64,000 nt of DNA from Candidatus Harrisonbacteria bacterium (GCA_023255625.1 JAHFLF010000002.1:39734-103733); one strand, 5' to 3'. Positions 20,777-30,958 are shown, counted from the stretch's first letter. Translations and numbers: made by a program. The notes: a model not told the origin generated them from the sequence alone.

Positions 20777-22339
20777 CTACTTAGTCGGCGCCAAATTTAT
20801 ATAACCGGCATAATCAATGCCAAATCTTTGTTGGCTGCCGACGCTCTGTACGGTATAAACAGCAATTTTATTTTTACCCTTGGCAAGGTACGGAGCAATG
20901 TTGAGTACGGTTGGCGTGCTGGGAACGATCAAACCGCGTTTCTGCGGCGGTACGCTGTAGATACTCACGCCATTCACGCGCACTTCAATCTGCTTGTTGG
21001 TGCTTAAAACTGCTAAATAACCCTCGGCTGGTGCTGCCGGTAGATCAACTGTTTCCACCGCAACCATAATTGTATTTTGAACCGGGCCTTTACCATTTTC
21101 CTGCATCCCGGGTCGAAAACCAATCCAGGAGGAGTCGGGCAGGGTGGCTTCCCACGGTTGGGTCGTGCCCGGCAAAATAACCGACGGGCGCAGCTTGCTC
21201 GCTTCATATTCTACATAATGATCCTCGTCTTGACTATGGAAGTACTGCTGCGACTGGGTGGTGATTTTTAGTTCGTTAGCGGCGATACTCCCGAGCTGTG
21301 ATTCTACGCGGAGGGCAATTTTTTGCGCGCGTGCGGCAGCCGTTCTGTCGGCTTTTGGTACATCGTCCTCTCTAAGGCATTTTTGGCTATCAATGTTATT
21401 TTTGAAAAGATCAGCGCTCATGTCCCGGAGCCCGTCAACTGCTACAGCATACAGAAGATTAATAGTGTAAGCCGCGCGCACGCCATTTTTAATCGTTTTG
21501 AAGTTATTGATTCGCGTGATCGCACGATCCCGAACTTGCATAACGCTAATTTTGGGATCAGGAATAGGATTATTATCTTCTTGGAATTGTAAAAGCTGGC
21601 TCACGGAAGTCTGACAGATCTGCTTGCTTAGTTTATCTAAAACAAATTTTGCCTCTTTCGTGATGGCGGCGACTGCTTTAGTTGCTGTTTGTGGAATAGA
21701 AATTTCCGGAAGACGCACAACGGCGACCGGCGTTCCTTCGGCGCGTTTTGCGGCTGTACCAGAAAGAGGCAGGCCACTTGGGCCGGCGCCGGCCAGACTG
21801 GCAAAATTGGCCCACCCGGAAACGGTCGAAACCGTGCTGATTACCTCCCCAGCCGCAATAATCAGCGGGTCTGAAAACAGTGAAGCAGTGCCAATGATTG
21901 AGGCAAATGTCTCGCTGACAACGGCGGTAGCGCCCGTCACATCACCCAAAAAAGCCAGAGGTGTTGGGACACCGACCACCGCCAGTGCCACGCCAACGAT
22001 CACTGGCAGGCCGGTTGGTGCATCAGGAATGCGGCCATAGTTTGGCGCAAACACGCCAACCCGTTCATTACCATCGCTCCCAAATTTGATAACTTGTCCG
22101 CCCGATAATGGATTAAGTGGTTCTCGTCTCTCAACCGGTGATTTGTCGATTGACTCTGCCTGACTGGCCGAAAACTGTGCGCTCTGATTAGCGACATAAA
22201 TAATTCCGAGCGCCATGCCAAAAACAATGCCGACGATAGCCCAGGCGTACCAGCTGTGGACGCGGTGACGGCCAACGATGGTAAAGTCTTTCTTAATGTC
22301 CGCAACCGTCTTTTCGCCGAGGTTGTGTTTGTTCTCCAT
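20777..22339 (-). CDS. Membrane-anchored protein, paralog A of a tandem family with a shared N-terminal module and large unknown ectodomain
   Basis: N-terminus ...ADIKKDFTIVGRHRVHSWYAWAIVGIVFGMALGIIYVANQSAQFSASQ is near-identical to the N-termini of the two downstream paralogs. Confidence 0.5.
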   Translation of the reverse strand: MENKHNLGEKTVADIKKDFTIVGRHRVHSWYAWAIVGIVFGMALGIIYVANQSAQFSASQAESIDKSPVERREPLNPLSGGQVIKFGSDGNERVGVFAPNYGRIPDAPTGLPVIVGVALAVVGVPTPLAFLGDVTGATAVVSETFASIIGTASLFSDPLIIAAGEVISTVSTVSGWANFASLAGAGPSGLPLSGTAAKRAEGTPVAVVRLPEISIPQTATKAVAAITKEAKFVLDKLSKQICQTSVSQLLQFQEDNNPIPDPKISVMQVRDRAITRINNFKTIKNGVRAAYTINLLYAVAVDGLRDMSADLFKNNIDSQKCLREDDVPKADRTAAARAQKIALRVESQLGSIAANELKITTQSQQYFHSQDEDHYVEYEASKLRPSVILPGTTQPWEATLPDSSWIGFRPGMQENGKGPVQNTIMVAVETVDLPAAPAEGYLAVLSTNKQIEVRVNGVSIYSVPPQKRGLIVPSTPTVLNIAPYLAKGKNKIAVYTVQSVGSQQRFGIDYAGYINLAPTK

Positions 22340-22362
22340 AAAATTTACTGTACTATGCCCTA

Positions 22363-23382
22363 TTAATTCAGTTTTAGCGGTTCAAGTGGTGATTTTGGAG
22401 AATTAAAAGCATCTTGCCGATAATAACGCAATAAGCCGTTAACGCCAGAGCCAAAATCGTCGGTCATCTTGTAGTATTTTGCAATCATTGAATAAAGATA
22501 AAATTCATTAGTTATCGAAGAGGAATTTTCTGTGAAAGGAGTCGTGCCCAATTCACGATCGCAATTAGATCCTTTTAGTCCTTTGCGCGCTCCATATTTG
22601 CAAATAACATGCCCTCTTATTTTCCTATGCCCAAATTCATGAACAATGGATGGCAGTATATAAACATCTTTCTCTGGACTGATTCCGGTCATAACATGAA
22701 ACCATCCTTTTACGCATAAATGTATATTTCTCTTCCCTGTAGCACCTTCAACATATGCCGGTTGAAACGGGCCGCATTCGGCACCATTTCTAACAATACT
22801 TTTAACATTTTCGATAATATAGTCGCCTAGCGGCTTCCCATCGGGAACATAAGAGGCAAAACCGGCACTATTTTTTGTTAAGGAATTAAAAAATAGCATA
22901 GCCGACGCGACATCTGATTCCTCGGACGGACAAGGGAATTTCGCGCCCTTTCTATTCAAAAACCCTTTTAGTTTAGAAGCATTGGCTCTCCACCAGTCAT
23001 TTTGCTCCGCACAGCTGGCGTATCCCGGCATTGGCGGCAAACCAGCCGATGGCGCAGCCGGTACAGAGGTGTATCCAGGTGGCAAATCAGATGCCGAGGC
23101 GATAATCAGTTCATCAATATCAGCATCCGCTTCTTCTGCGATCGGAATACCATAATCTAAGCCCCCCTCCTCGTTACTGCTCGGAGCGTAATATTTAGCC
23201 GCCTGCGACGCGCTAAACTGCGCGGATCGATTCGCCACATACACAATGCCGAGCGCCATGCCGAAGACAATGCCTACGATGGCCCAGGCGTACCAAGCAT
23301 GGACTCGCTGTTTACCGACGATCGTGAAATCTTTTTTAATGTCCGCAACCGTCTTCTCGCCGATGTTGTGCATATCGGGCAT
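22363..23382 (-). CDS. Membrane-anchored putative zinc metallopeptidase (HExxH), paralog B of the tandem family
   Basis: Same N-terminal module (KKDFTIVGKQRVHAWYAWAIVGIVFGMALGIVYVANRSAQFSASQ). Ectodomain contains VHEFGH. Confidence 0.5.
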   Translation of the reverse strand: MPDMHNIGEKTVADIKKDFTIVGKQRVHAWYAWAIVGIVFGMALGIVYVANRSAQFSASQAAKYYAPSSNEEGGLDYGIPIAEEADADIDELIIASASDLPPGYTSVPAAPSAGLPPMPGYASCAEQNDWWRANASKLKGFLNRKGAKFPCPSEESDVASAMLFFNSLTKNSAGFASYVPDGKPLGDYIIENVKSIVRNGAECGPFQPAYVEGATGKRNIHLCVKGWFHVMTGISPEKDVYILPSIVHEFGHRKIRGHVICKYGARKGLKGSNCDRELGTTPFTENSSSITNEFYLYSMIAKYYKMTDDFGSGVNGLLRYYRQDAFNSPKSPLEPLKLN

Positions 23383-23533
23383 ATTTATTTAATTATTATT
23401 TTTTTATGCGAAAGTAATACTATAAAGAATATTCTCATCCAAAAATTTGTCAACCGAAAAACCAAAACCGTCCGCCAGATGGCGGACGGTTTTGGGAAAT
23501 GGTGGTTAAACCATTTCCCCTATTACTTACTAC

Positions 23534-24328
23534 TTAGGGTTGGCTACCAGAATTAAGACTCGGCAACAGTCCTCCATCTTCATTTGATTTTTCTCCACCG
23601 GGTGTTATCGGACCAGTTTCTTCTCCAGCCGGAGGTGGAGGTGCTCCGCCAGGACCATTCCCGGGGTTTCCTGGAAGAGTAGAGTTTCTTTCGCAATATA
23701 CGCTAAAATAAACAGTTGCTGATTGTGCTCTTGAAATGTACTTCCCCTCTTTTGCGTGAAAACCAGGAGTTTCCTCTCCTTCAGGCGCAGAAGTAACAAG
23801 CTTGCATTTTGGATCTCCATCCGGCTTAGCTATCCTAAGCGTACACTTGTCGGCTGCCACATCGCACTTATCTCCTTCGTCGAAAGCCGCGGTATATTGC
23901 CTATTAAACGAGCCATTACACTTCTCTATTGCTTTTACATTTGCCTGATGCACGGCATTCATAACTTTTTCTTCTGCCTTTTTTGCCTTATCGCTTTTAT
24001 CCTCTCCACTTTGATAACTAATCGCAAGAGACCAATCAGCAGAAGTTATGGCCACCTCGGCCGGTGTATCCGCATATACCGTAATGTCTTTAGAAAACGG
24101 ACACATTTTTGTATTTCCTGACGACGAAGAACCCCCGCCACCATCGGCGCGGCTGGCGCTAAACTGCGCGGAGCGGTTGGCGACGTAGACGATACCGAGA
24201 GCCATACCGAAAACAATGCCGACAATGGCCCAGGCATACCAGCTGTGGACGCGCTGTTTGCCGACGATCTTAAAATCCTTTTTTAAATTTGCAACTGCAT
24301 CCTCGGCCTGATTCGACTGCTGATCCAT
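23534..24328 (-). CDS. Membrane-anchored Cys-rich protein with Gly/Pro-rich tail, paralog C of the tandem family
   Basis: Same N-terminal module (KKDFKIVGKQRVHSWYAWAIVGIVFGMALGIVYVANRSAQFSASR). Gly/Ser linker, 8 Cys, C-terminal PGNPGNGPGGAPPPPAG. Confidence 0.5.
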   Translation of the reverse strand: MDQQSNQAEDAVANLKKDFKIVGKQRVHSWYAWAIVGIVFGMALGIVYVANRSAQFSASRADGGGGSSSSGNTKMCPFSKDITVYADTPAEVAITSADWSLAISYQSGEDKSDKAKKAEEKVMNAVHQANVKAIEKCNGSFNRQYTAAFDEGDKCDVAADKCTLRIAKPDGDPKCKLVTSAPEGEETPGFHAKEGKYISRAQSATVYFSVYCERNSTLPGNPGNGPGGAPPPPAGEETGPITPGGEKSNEDGGLLPSLNSGSQP

Positions 24329-24345
24329 ATAATTAATAAATAAAA

Positions 24346-24813
24346 TTATTTTTTGAATAATGGCTTCAAGACATCGTAACGACTAACGACGCCAACTAAT
24401 TTTCGCTGCGGATCGATGACCGGGATTGGATTAATCGCGTGATGACTCTGAAAAGCTTTAACTACCTCTTCATACGAAGAGGTGCTGGCGAGCGAAAAAG
24501 GATCAACATTCATAATGTCTTTAGCCGTTAACTTCGTAACCGAGGCGACATCATCAGAAAAATCCTTTTGATCCTTGCTAAAAACCGGTAGATCGCCGAG
24601 CACCTTCTGCAGCGTCGGTAAATGAATACCCATTTGCCCGCTAATCAAATTATATTCAGTGATAATTCCAACTAAAGTATTTTCTGCATCAACAACCGGC
24701 ACGCCATTGAATTTATTGTCGGTCAAAAGTTTGGCAACATCAACTAGCGCCGTTTCCGGGCGTACCGTCATCGGCTTTTCAGTCATGATGTCTCGGATAC
24801 TTAATTCAGTCAT
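24346..24813 (-). CDS. CBS-domain pair protein
   Basis: Two CBS repeats (IMTEKPMTVRPETALVDVAKLL... / IMNVDPFSLASTSSYEEVVKAF...). Confidence 0.75.
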   Translation of the reverse strand: MTELSIRDIMTEKPMTVRPETALVDVAKLLTDNKFNGVPVVDAENTLVGIITEYNLISGQMGIHLPTLQKVLGDLPVFSKDQKDFSDDVASVTKLTAKDIMNVDPFSLASTSSYEEVVKAFQSHHAINPIPVIDPQRKLVGVVSRYDVLKPLFKK

Positions 24814-24869
24814 TGATTTAACTATATATCCGCTAGATATTTATGTCCACTGTGGATAAGACCGGGGGA

Positions 24870-25820
24870 TTACTTATGGGCGCCGGTGAGCTGGTTGCGA
24901 TGCAAAAAATCGTAAATGTTCAATAGGCCCTTTACCGCATCTCCGGCCGAGATATTGTTTTGCTTGTAAAGAACATCCGAGACATCGCCAGCCGCCCAAA
25001 TCCCAACGCAGGAGCTTTGCTGCGTTTTATGATCAACCACAATCTCGTTGCCCGGATTCAGAGTAACAAGCTCTTTAACAAAATCAGAATTTGGGAGCGA
25101 GCCGATTTCCACAAAGAGCCCTTGGGCCTGTATTTCTTTTGTCTGGCCAGTCGCTTTGTCTTGATATTTCACTGAATTAACCACTTTTTCTCCGAGTACC
25201 TCCGTGGGAACCGCCCCATATATAATTTTTACTTTCGGATGGCTTTTAACCTTATCTTGCGTGACTGAATCCCCCTTTAGCTCGGTGCCGCGCACCAGCA
25301 GCGTGATGCTACTAGCATACGGGATTGAATCAACGATTGCCTCGAGACCGGCATTGCCAGCACCGACAACAACCACATCTTTATTCTTAAAAAGCGGCGC
25401 GTCGCAGGTGCTGCAAAATACAACGCCCTTGCCGTCCAAACGATCCTCGCCCGGGATGCCGAGCCGTCGCCTCCGGCTGCCGGAGGCAATCATAATGGTC
25501 TTAGTTTCAAAAATTTTACCGCTAGAGGTTGTAAGCGAAAAATGGCCAGCCGGCGGGCCTCCGTCAACTTTCGCAACTGCGGTAACCCGTTCGCCGTCAA
25601 CAATCTCTATTCCGTGAGCGCGAACATGCTCCTCCAAATCCTGCGCGAGTTTTAATCCAGAGATGGCCTTAGTACCAACCCAGTTATAAATTTCGTTCGA
25701 GACAATTGATTGTCCACCGAAAGTTTCGGTGATGAGCGCCGTCTTAATTTGTTTTCGGCCGGCATAGACGCCGGCGGCGACAGCCGCCGGCCCGCCTCCG
25801 ATGATGATTAATTCAAACAT
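24870..25820 (-). CDS. trxB: Thioredoxin-disulfide reductase
   Basis: IIIGGGPAAVAAGVYAGR FAD site, CSTCD redox-active disulfide, second GAGNAGLEA NADPH site. Confidence 0.9.
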   Translation of the reverse strand: MFELIIIGGGPAAVAAGVYAGRKQIKTALITETFGGQSIVSNEIYNWVGTKAISGLKLAQDLEEHVRAHGIEIVDGERVTAVAKVDGGPPAGHFSLTTSSGKIFETKTIMIASGSRRRRLGIPGEDRLDGKGVVFCSTCDAPLFKNKDVVVVGAGNAGLEAIVDSIPYASSITLLVRGTELKGDSVTQDKVKSHPKVKIIYGAVPTEVLGEKVVNSVKYQDKATGQTKEIQAQGLFVEIGSLPNSDFVKELVTLNPGNEIVVDHKTQQSSCVGIWAAGDVSDVLYKQNNISAGDAVKGLLNIYDFLHRNQLTGAHK

Positions 25821-25822
25821 AA

Positions 25823-25921
25823 ATTGGTTAGTTGGTTACTTGGTTGGCTGGTTAGTTAGTAATGCAAATAGCAAGACAAATTAATTGATTTTTTACCAAC
25901 TAACTAGCTAACTGACTAACA
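25823..25921. repeat. Imperfect inverted repeat built from GGTTAGTTGG/TTGGTT units
   Basis: ttggttagttggttacttggttggctggttagttagt ... accaactaactagctaactgactaac in the trxB-grx spacer. The same unit (agttagttggttagttggttgcttggtt) recurs at about 1274-1312 inside the first GT gene. Confidence 0.4.
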
Positions 25922-25927
25922 AAGTAA

Positions 25928-26161
25928 CTATCCCGCCAGGGCGCGCTCCACCTCGCTCTTATTAAAACCGACAAAAATCTGCCCATCAATATCAATCACC
26001 GGCACACCCATCTGACCGGATTTAGTAACCATCTCGTCGCGAGCCGCATCGTCCTCGGCAACATTCACATCAGAATAAGCCAGCCCTTTGCTTTTGAAAT
26101 ATTCTTTGGCCATTTTGCAGTATACGCAGGTCGGAGTCGAATAAACTTTGATTGTTTTCAT
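25928..26161 (-). CDS. Glutaredoxin/NrdH-like small redoxin
   Basis: 77 aa, CVYC active site, KVYSTPTC...GVPVI fold signature. Confidence 0.85.
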   Translation of the reverse strand: MKTIKVYSTPTCVYCKMAKEYFKSKGLAYSDVNVAEDDAARDEMVTKSGQMGVPVIDIDGQIFVGFNKSEVERALAG

Positions 26162-26345
26162 AGAGTAATCGCTAATAATGCGAATGATTAGGTAATAATG
26201 CGAATGAGAGATGAACGATAAATATTATAGCATGCGAAGAAAATAGAAGAAGTCTGAATCGGGGGCGGTTTGCTGACAAAAAGGCGGCCGTAAAGAAGTC
26301 CTGGCCGATCTTTTGTCAGCAAACCGCCAACATGCGCAAACTACT

Positions 26346-27023
26346 CTACTTCTTAGCTAGCTCATCGTCAATCGCCTTTTTGAAGGAATCGTATGGGTAC
26401 GCCCCCTCGATGAAAACATTGTTAACAAAGCTGGCTGGCGTACCGCTGATTCCTAGATTAATTCCGTCTTCTAAATCTTTTTTCACCTCGGCGGCGGTTG
26501 CCGGATTCTTCAAACACGCGCCAAAAGCGGTGGTATCAAGCTGAAGTGAGCCGGCCAGTTGACTAAAATCTAGCTTCGGAAGCTCGCTTTGCTTTTCAAA
26601 CAGCGCGTCATGATATTCCCAATACTTTCCCTGCGCTCCGGCACACTGCGCTGCGATTGCCGCAGGAGTCGCAAAAGGATGGATATTTTCAAGCGGAAAA
26701 TCGCGATGCACCATGCGTAACTTCCCAGTTTTTACATATTCTTCCCGCAATCGACTTTCTACCGTATCAAACTGTTGCTTGCAAAATGGACACTGAAAAT
26801 CGCCGAAGATAATCATCGTTACCGGCGCATTAACATCTCCAAGCACAGCATCGTCGTCGATAGACAAAGTCGCCTTCCGCGCATCGCCGACTGGCACTAT
26901 CTCCGATTCCGCTCCCGGCTTATACATCAGTGCGCCGGCAATCAGCACTCCGGCAATGATAATACTGACCGGCAGTAATAATTTTGATGTTTTGCCCGAC
27001 GACTCTATTTGTTGTTCATTCAT
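26346..27023 (-). CDS. DsbA-family thiol:disulfide oxidoreductase, N-terminal TM anchor
   Basis: FGDFQCPFCKQ (CxxC) in a thioredoxin-like domain, with an N-terminal hydrophobic helix. Confidence 0.8.
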   Translation of the reverse strand: MNEQQIESSGKTSKLLLPVSIIIAGVLIAGALMYKPGAESEIVPVGDARKATLSIDDDAVLGDVNAPVTMIIFGDFQCPFCKQQFDTVESRLREEYVKTGKLRMVHRDFPLENIHPFATPAAIAAQCAGAQGKYWEYHDALFEKQSELPKLDFSQLAGSLQLDTTAFGACLKNPATAAEVKKDLEDGINLGISGTPASFVNNVFIEGAYPYDSFKKAIDDELAKK

Positions 27024-27135
27024 AATGAAAAAGTTATTGAATTAAATCCGTATAAAGAGTATACTATATTTTAAGTTTGCGTCCATTCGGTTTGGTAATT
27101 CAGGGTCAGCGGGGCGCTTTTTTAATGTAAAATAT

Positions 27136-28548
27136 ATGCGAACTAACACGCATTCACAGCGCCCATCACCGCAGCCAGCCGGTTGGCTTCATGGTGGCGC
27201 GCGCTACGCACTACTACTTTTTGGCGATATTCTGATTTTTTATACAACCCTCATTTTAACCTTAGTCCTGCGCTACGGTTATGAAGGATTCGAGAGCGAG
27301 GTATTTTTCGCCCACCGATACGCGTTTACTATCGGTTTACTTTTATGGCTGATCATCTTTTACCTGGGCGGGCTATATGACCGGTTAGTCGTTGTCCGCA
27401 ACATTTTGGACCGGCGTTTTTTCGCTTTAGTCGGCATCGGCGGATTATTTTTAATCCTGATGTTTTATTTTATGCCATCGCTGGGCATTACACCCAAAAC
27501 AACTCTTTTAATTTTTATCTTTGTGTACGCCGTGGTTGGCTATGGTTGGCGCATGATTTTTAATGCACTGGTGCGTGGTGCGGCTGGCCGCGGAGCAGTG
27601 CGAATCATGATGATCGGCTCATCTCTTGCCGCCGGAGAAATTTGCGACGCCATCGCAAACCAACCTGGCTACGGCTACACGATCGGCTATTCTCTGAAAG
27701 ATGGCCTGCAAACTTTTCAAAATCCAGAACTCTTTCTCAAAGAAATACGCGACCACAACATCGATCTGCTGGTGATTCCTCAACAATTAGAGCATGACCC
27801 GGGCGCGGTGCGAATTTTGTATGCCGCACTTTTAAATGGTACTTCAATCAGTACCTTGCCGGACTTTTACGAACGGCTTTTTGAAAAAGTCGCACTTTCA
27901 ATTTTGGACGAAACCTGGCTAATTCGAAATTTGGCCGACCGGCGATCGCGCTACCAAACACTCCGCCGTGTCAGCGAAATCAGCATCGCCATTATCCTCT
28001 GGCTCTTGGCCAGCCCGATTTTACTGCTGATTACACTACTCATACCGCTTACTTCCAGCGGCTCTGTTCTGTATCGACAACCGCGCATCGGCTACGATGG
28101 AAAACTATTCACATTGTACAAATTTCGCAGCATGTACTCGCACAAAGAAAAAAATCCGGATGCTGATGCCGGCTCTGCGCAGTGGTCTAGCGGCAACGGC
28201 GACGCCCGGGTAACACCATTTGGCCGTTTCTTGCGGAATACTCACCTGGATGAGCTACCGCAACTTTTTAACATTATCTGCGGAGACATGTCCTTTGTCG
28301 GGCCGCGTCCGGAACGCCCGGAGTTCACCGCCGATCTGGAAAAGAAAATACCCTATTATACTCTTCGTTACCTAGTTCGGCCCGGCATTACCGGCTGGGC
28401 ACAACTTAACTATCAATACGGCGCTTCAGTTGATGATGCTTATCAAAAACTGCAATATGATATTTACTATATAAAACGCCGCTCTTTGTGGCTGGACATG
28501 ATCATTATTTTAAAAACAATTAAGCGGCTGTTCGTGGAGCCCGATTAA
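27136..28548 (+). CDS. Polyprenyl-phosphate sugar phosphotransferase (WbaP/bacterial sugar transferase family)
   Basis: Four N-terminal TM helices plus C-terminal LYRQPRIG..G..F..YKFRSM...DELPQL.N...GDMSFVGPRP. Confidence 0.85.
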   Translation: MRTNTHSQRPSPQPAGWLHGGARYALLLFGDILIFYTTLILTLVLRYGYEGFESEVFFAHRYAFTIGLLLWLIIFYLGGLYDRLVVVRNILDRRFFALVGIGGLFLILMFYFMPSLGITPKTTLLIFIFVYAVVGYGWRMIFNALVRGAAGRGAVRIMMIGSSLAAGEICDAIANQPGYGYTIGYSLKDGLQTFQNPELFLKEIRDHNIDLLVIPQQLEHDPGAVRILYAALLNGTSISTLPDFYERLFEKVALSILDETWLIRNLADRRSRYQTLRRVSEISIAIILWLLASPILLLITLLIPLTSSGSVLYRQPRIGYDGKLFTLYKFRSMYSHKEKNPDADAGSAQWSSGNGDARVTPFGRFLRNTHLDELPQLFNIICGDMSFVGPRPERPEFTADLEKKIPYYTLRYLVRPGITGWAQLNYQYGASVDDAYQKLQYDIYYIKRRSLWLDMIIILKTIKRLFVEPD

Positions 28549-28552
28549 ATCT

Positions 28553-29464
28553 ATGAAAAAATTAAAGATATTAGTTACCGGCGGGGCGGGCTTCATCGGC
28601 AGCCATGTGGTGGATGCTTATATTTCCGCCGGCCACTCGGTTTCAGTAATTGACAATCTTTCGACCGGCAATCCGGCCAATGTGCACCCGAAGGCGCGTT
28701 TTTACAAAGTGGATATTCGCGACAGCGCCGGGGTCGCCGCAGTTTTTAGCCGCGAAAAACCGGAAATAGTAAACCATCAGGCGGCGCTGGCCTCCGTAAC
28801 TCTTTCTCTAAAAAGGCCACTGGAAACATATGAGGTTAATACACTCGGCACAATCAATCTCCTGTTAGCCAGCGCACCGTATATTAAAAAATTTATCTTT
28901 GCCAGTAGCGGCGGTGCTATTTACGGGCAGCCAAAAAAAATCCCGACTACCGAACAGGAACTGCCCAGCCCAATCTCTGCTTATGGATTTTCCAAACAAC
29001 TCGCCGAAGATGCCGTTCGTTTTTATGCCGGGCAACTCGGTTTTGAATATATAATTCTGCGCCCGTCGAATGTTTTCGGCCCGCGACAGAATAATGGCGG
29101 CGAGGGTGGCATTTTTGCAATTTTTACCGCTCTGGCGGCGACCGGTTCGCAGCCAACTATATATAGAAAAGAATCAACTCGCGATTATGTTTATGTTACC
29201 GATATTGCAAAGGCCAATCTGCTGGCCACCACAAAAGCCAAAAATGAGACACTGCATATCAGCTCGGCCAGACAAACTTCCAACCAGCAGGTTTACGAAA
29301 TAATCGCCAAAGAATTTGATTGGCAGAAAAAACCAATCTATCAAGCCGCCCGGCCGGGTGAAATTGCCCGAAGCGCTCTTTCTGCCGTAAAAGCTGAAAA
29401 AATGCTTGGTTGGCAGCCCACCGTCAGTATTCCGCAAGGCGTCAAAAACATGAAACTTTATTAG
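28553..29464 (+). CDS. NAD-dependent epimerase/dehydratase (UDP-sugar 4-epimerase-like, SDR family)
   Basis: ILVTGGAGFIGSHVV Rossmann motif; the YxxxK catalytic region is present. Confidence 0.85.
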   Translation: MKKLKILVTGGAGFIGSHVVDAYISAGHSVSVIDNLSTGNPANVHPKARFYKVDIRDSAGVAAVFSREKPEIVNHQAALASVTLSLKRPLETYEVNTLGTINLLLASAPYIKKFIFASSGGAIYGQPKKIPTTEQELPSPISAYGFSKQLAEDAVRFYAGQLGFEYIILRPSNVFGPRQNNGGEGGIFAIFTALAATGSQPTIYRKESTRDYVYVTDIAKANLLATTKAKNETLHISSARQTSNQQVYEIIAKEFDWQKKPIYQAARPGEIARSALSAVKAEKMLGWQPTVSIPQGVKNMKLY

Positions 29465-29476
29465 TCGTTTTTTATT

Positions 29477-30934
29477 ATGGCCCTTGCTAATTTAAAACGG
29501 CTTTTTTTCTCAAACAGCAGTACCAGCCAGACAATCGCTAAAAATACTGCGTGGCTTTTTATCGGCGAGATTGTCGGGCGACTGATTCGTTTTTGGATTG
29601 TCGTCTACGCCGCCCGCGTTTTGGGTGCCGCTGAATACGGAATTTTTTCTTATGTACTCACGCTGGCCGCATTTGCCACAATCTTTGCGGATATCGGACT
29701 TTCCGCCCTGCTGACGCGCGAGACCAGCAAGGCCCCGGAGCTTCGCCAGAGTTACTTTAACTCAATGCTCACGGCTAAGGCCGGATTGATTTTAGTTGTC
29801 GGCTTAGGAATTTATTTAATTACTCCGCTGATTACTAACCTAACCGGCGCGATGGCGCTTCTGCCGCTGGTTATTTTGATGTTCATTTTTGACTCTTTGC
29901 GCGAGTTTGGCTTTGGCATGCAACGCGGGCTGGAAAGAATGGAGCTCGAGGCCATCACGAAAATAATTATGAATGCGCTAATTACCGGTTTGGGCTTTGC
30001 GGCTTTGTGGTATCAGCAAAGCGCCGGCTCGCTGGTTACCGGCTATGTTCTGGGCGCCGGCATTGGCTGTCTGATCACTGCTTGGCTCCTGCGCCGATTC
30101 ATCGCCCGGCTGAAAGACGGAGTCAATTTAAAACTGATCTGGCCAATTTTTAAGATGGCTTGGCCGCTCGGAGTGCTGCAACTGCTCGGGGCGATTATGA
30201 TTAATACCGACATGCTGATTCTCGGCTGGTTTCGCAGCCCGGTCGAGCTTGGCTATTACGGCGCGGCGCAAAAAATCATTTTGCTGCTCTATGTGGCGCC
30301 AAATTTACTGGCTTCAGCGGTTTTTCCGGTCTTCTCCCGGTTGGCCAGAGTCAATAACGAGCGATTCCGTTTATTATTCGAGAAGGTAGTTGCCTGTTCG
30401 GAGATTTTAGCCATTCCTCTGGCCGTCGGTAGCATCGTGCTGGCACCGCAAATTATCCGACTTTTATTTGGCGCTGAATATCTGCCGGGCACAGCGACTC
30501 TAGCACTGCTGATGACCACTCTAGTCATCGTCTTTCCAAGCACAATTTTTTCTAACGCGCTGTTTGCTTTTAATCAGCAGAAAAAATTTATGCTGTATGT
30601 GGCCATCGGAGTTGTTTCTAATATTATTTTAGACATTATCTTTATCCCCCGCTGGGGCATCGAGGGTTCGGCTTGGGCCACAATTATTTCCCAGGTGCTG
30701 ACCAACATCTTCATATGGCGAGCGATGTACAAAACTAATCCGTACAATATCTTAAAGCGTATTCTCCGCCCGCTGACCGCCGCAATCCTGATGGGTGCGT
30801 TGATTTACGGCCTGGCTGTTCTTGGCCTGCCGCTTTTGTTAATTATTGCTCTCGGCGCAGCCAGCTACCTAGCACTGCTCTATCTTTTACGCGAACCGCT
30901 GCTGGCTGAAGCAAGAACCCTTTTCAGGGGCTAA
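29477..30934 (+). CDS. Wzx-type polysaccharide flippase (second copy, MOP superfamily)
   Basis: About 14 TM segments; N-terminus parallels the 12089..13360 protein. Confidence 0.7.
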   Translation: MALANLKRLFFSNSSTSQTIAKNTAWLFIGEIVGRLIRFWIVVYAARVLGAAEYGIFSYVLTLAAFATIFADIGLSALLTRETSKAPELRQSYFNSMLTAKAGLILVVGLGIYLITPLITNLTGAMALLPLVILMFIFDSLREFGFGMQRGLERMELEAITKIIMNALITGLGFAALWYQQSAGSLVTGYVLGAGIGCLITAWLLRRFIARLKDGVNLKLIWPIFKMAWPLGVLQLLGAIMINTDMLILGWFRSPVELGYYGAAQKIILLLYVAPNLLASAVFPVFSRLARVNNERFRLLFEKVVACSEILAIPLAVGSIVLAPQIIRLLFGAEYLPGTATLALLMTTLVIVFPSTIFSNALFAFNQQKKFMLYVAIGVVSNIILDIIFIPRWGIEGSAWATIISQVLTNIFIWRAMYKTNPYNILKRILRPLTAAILMGALIYGLAVLGLPLLLIIALGAASYLALLYLLREPLLAEARTLFRG

Positions 30935-30958
30935 ATTTGACTTAATAACAGAACTTAT

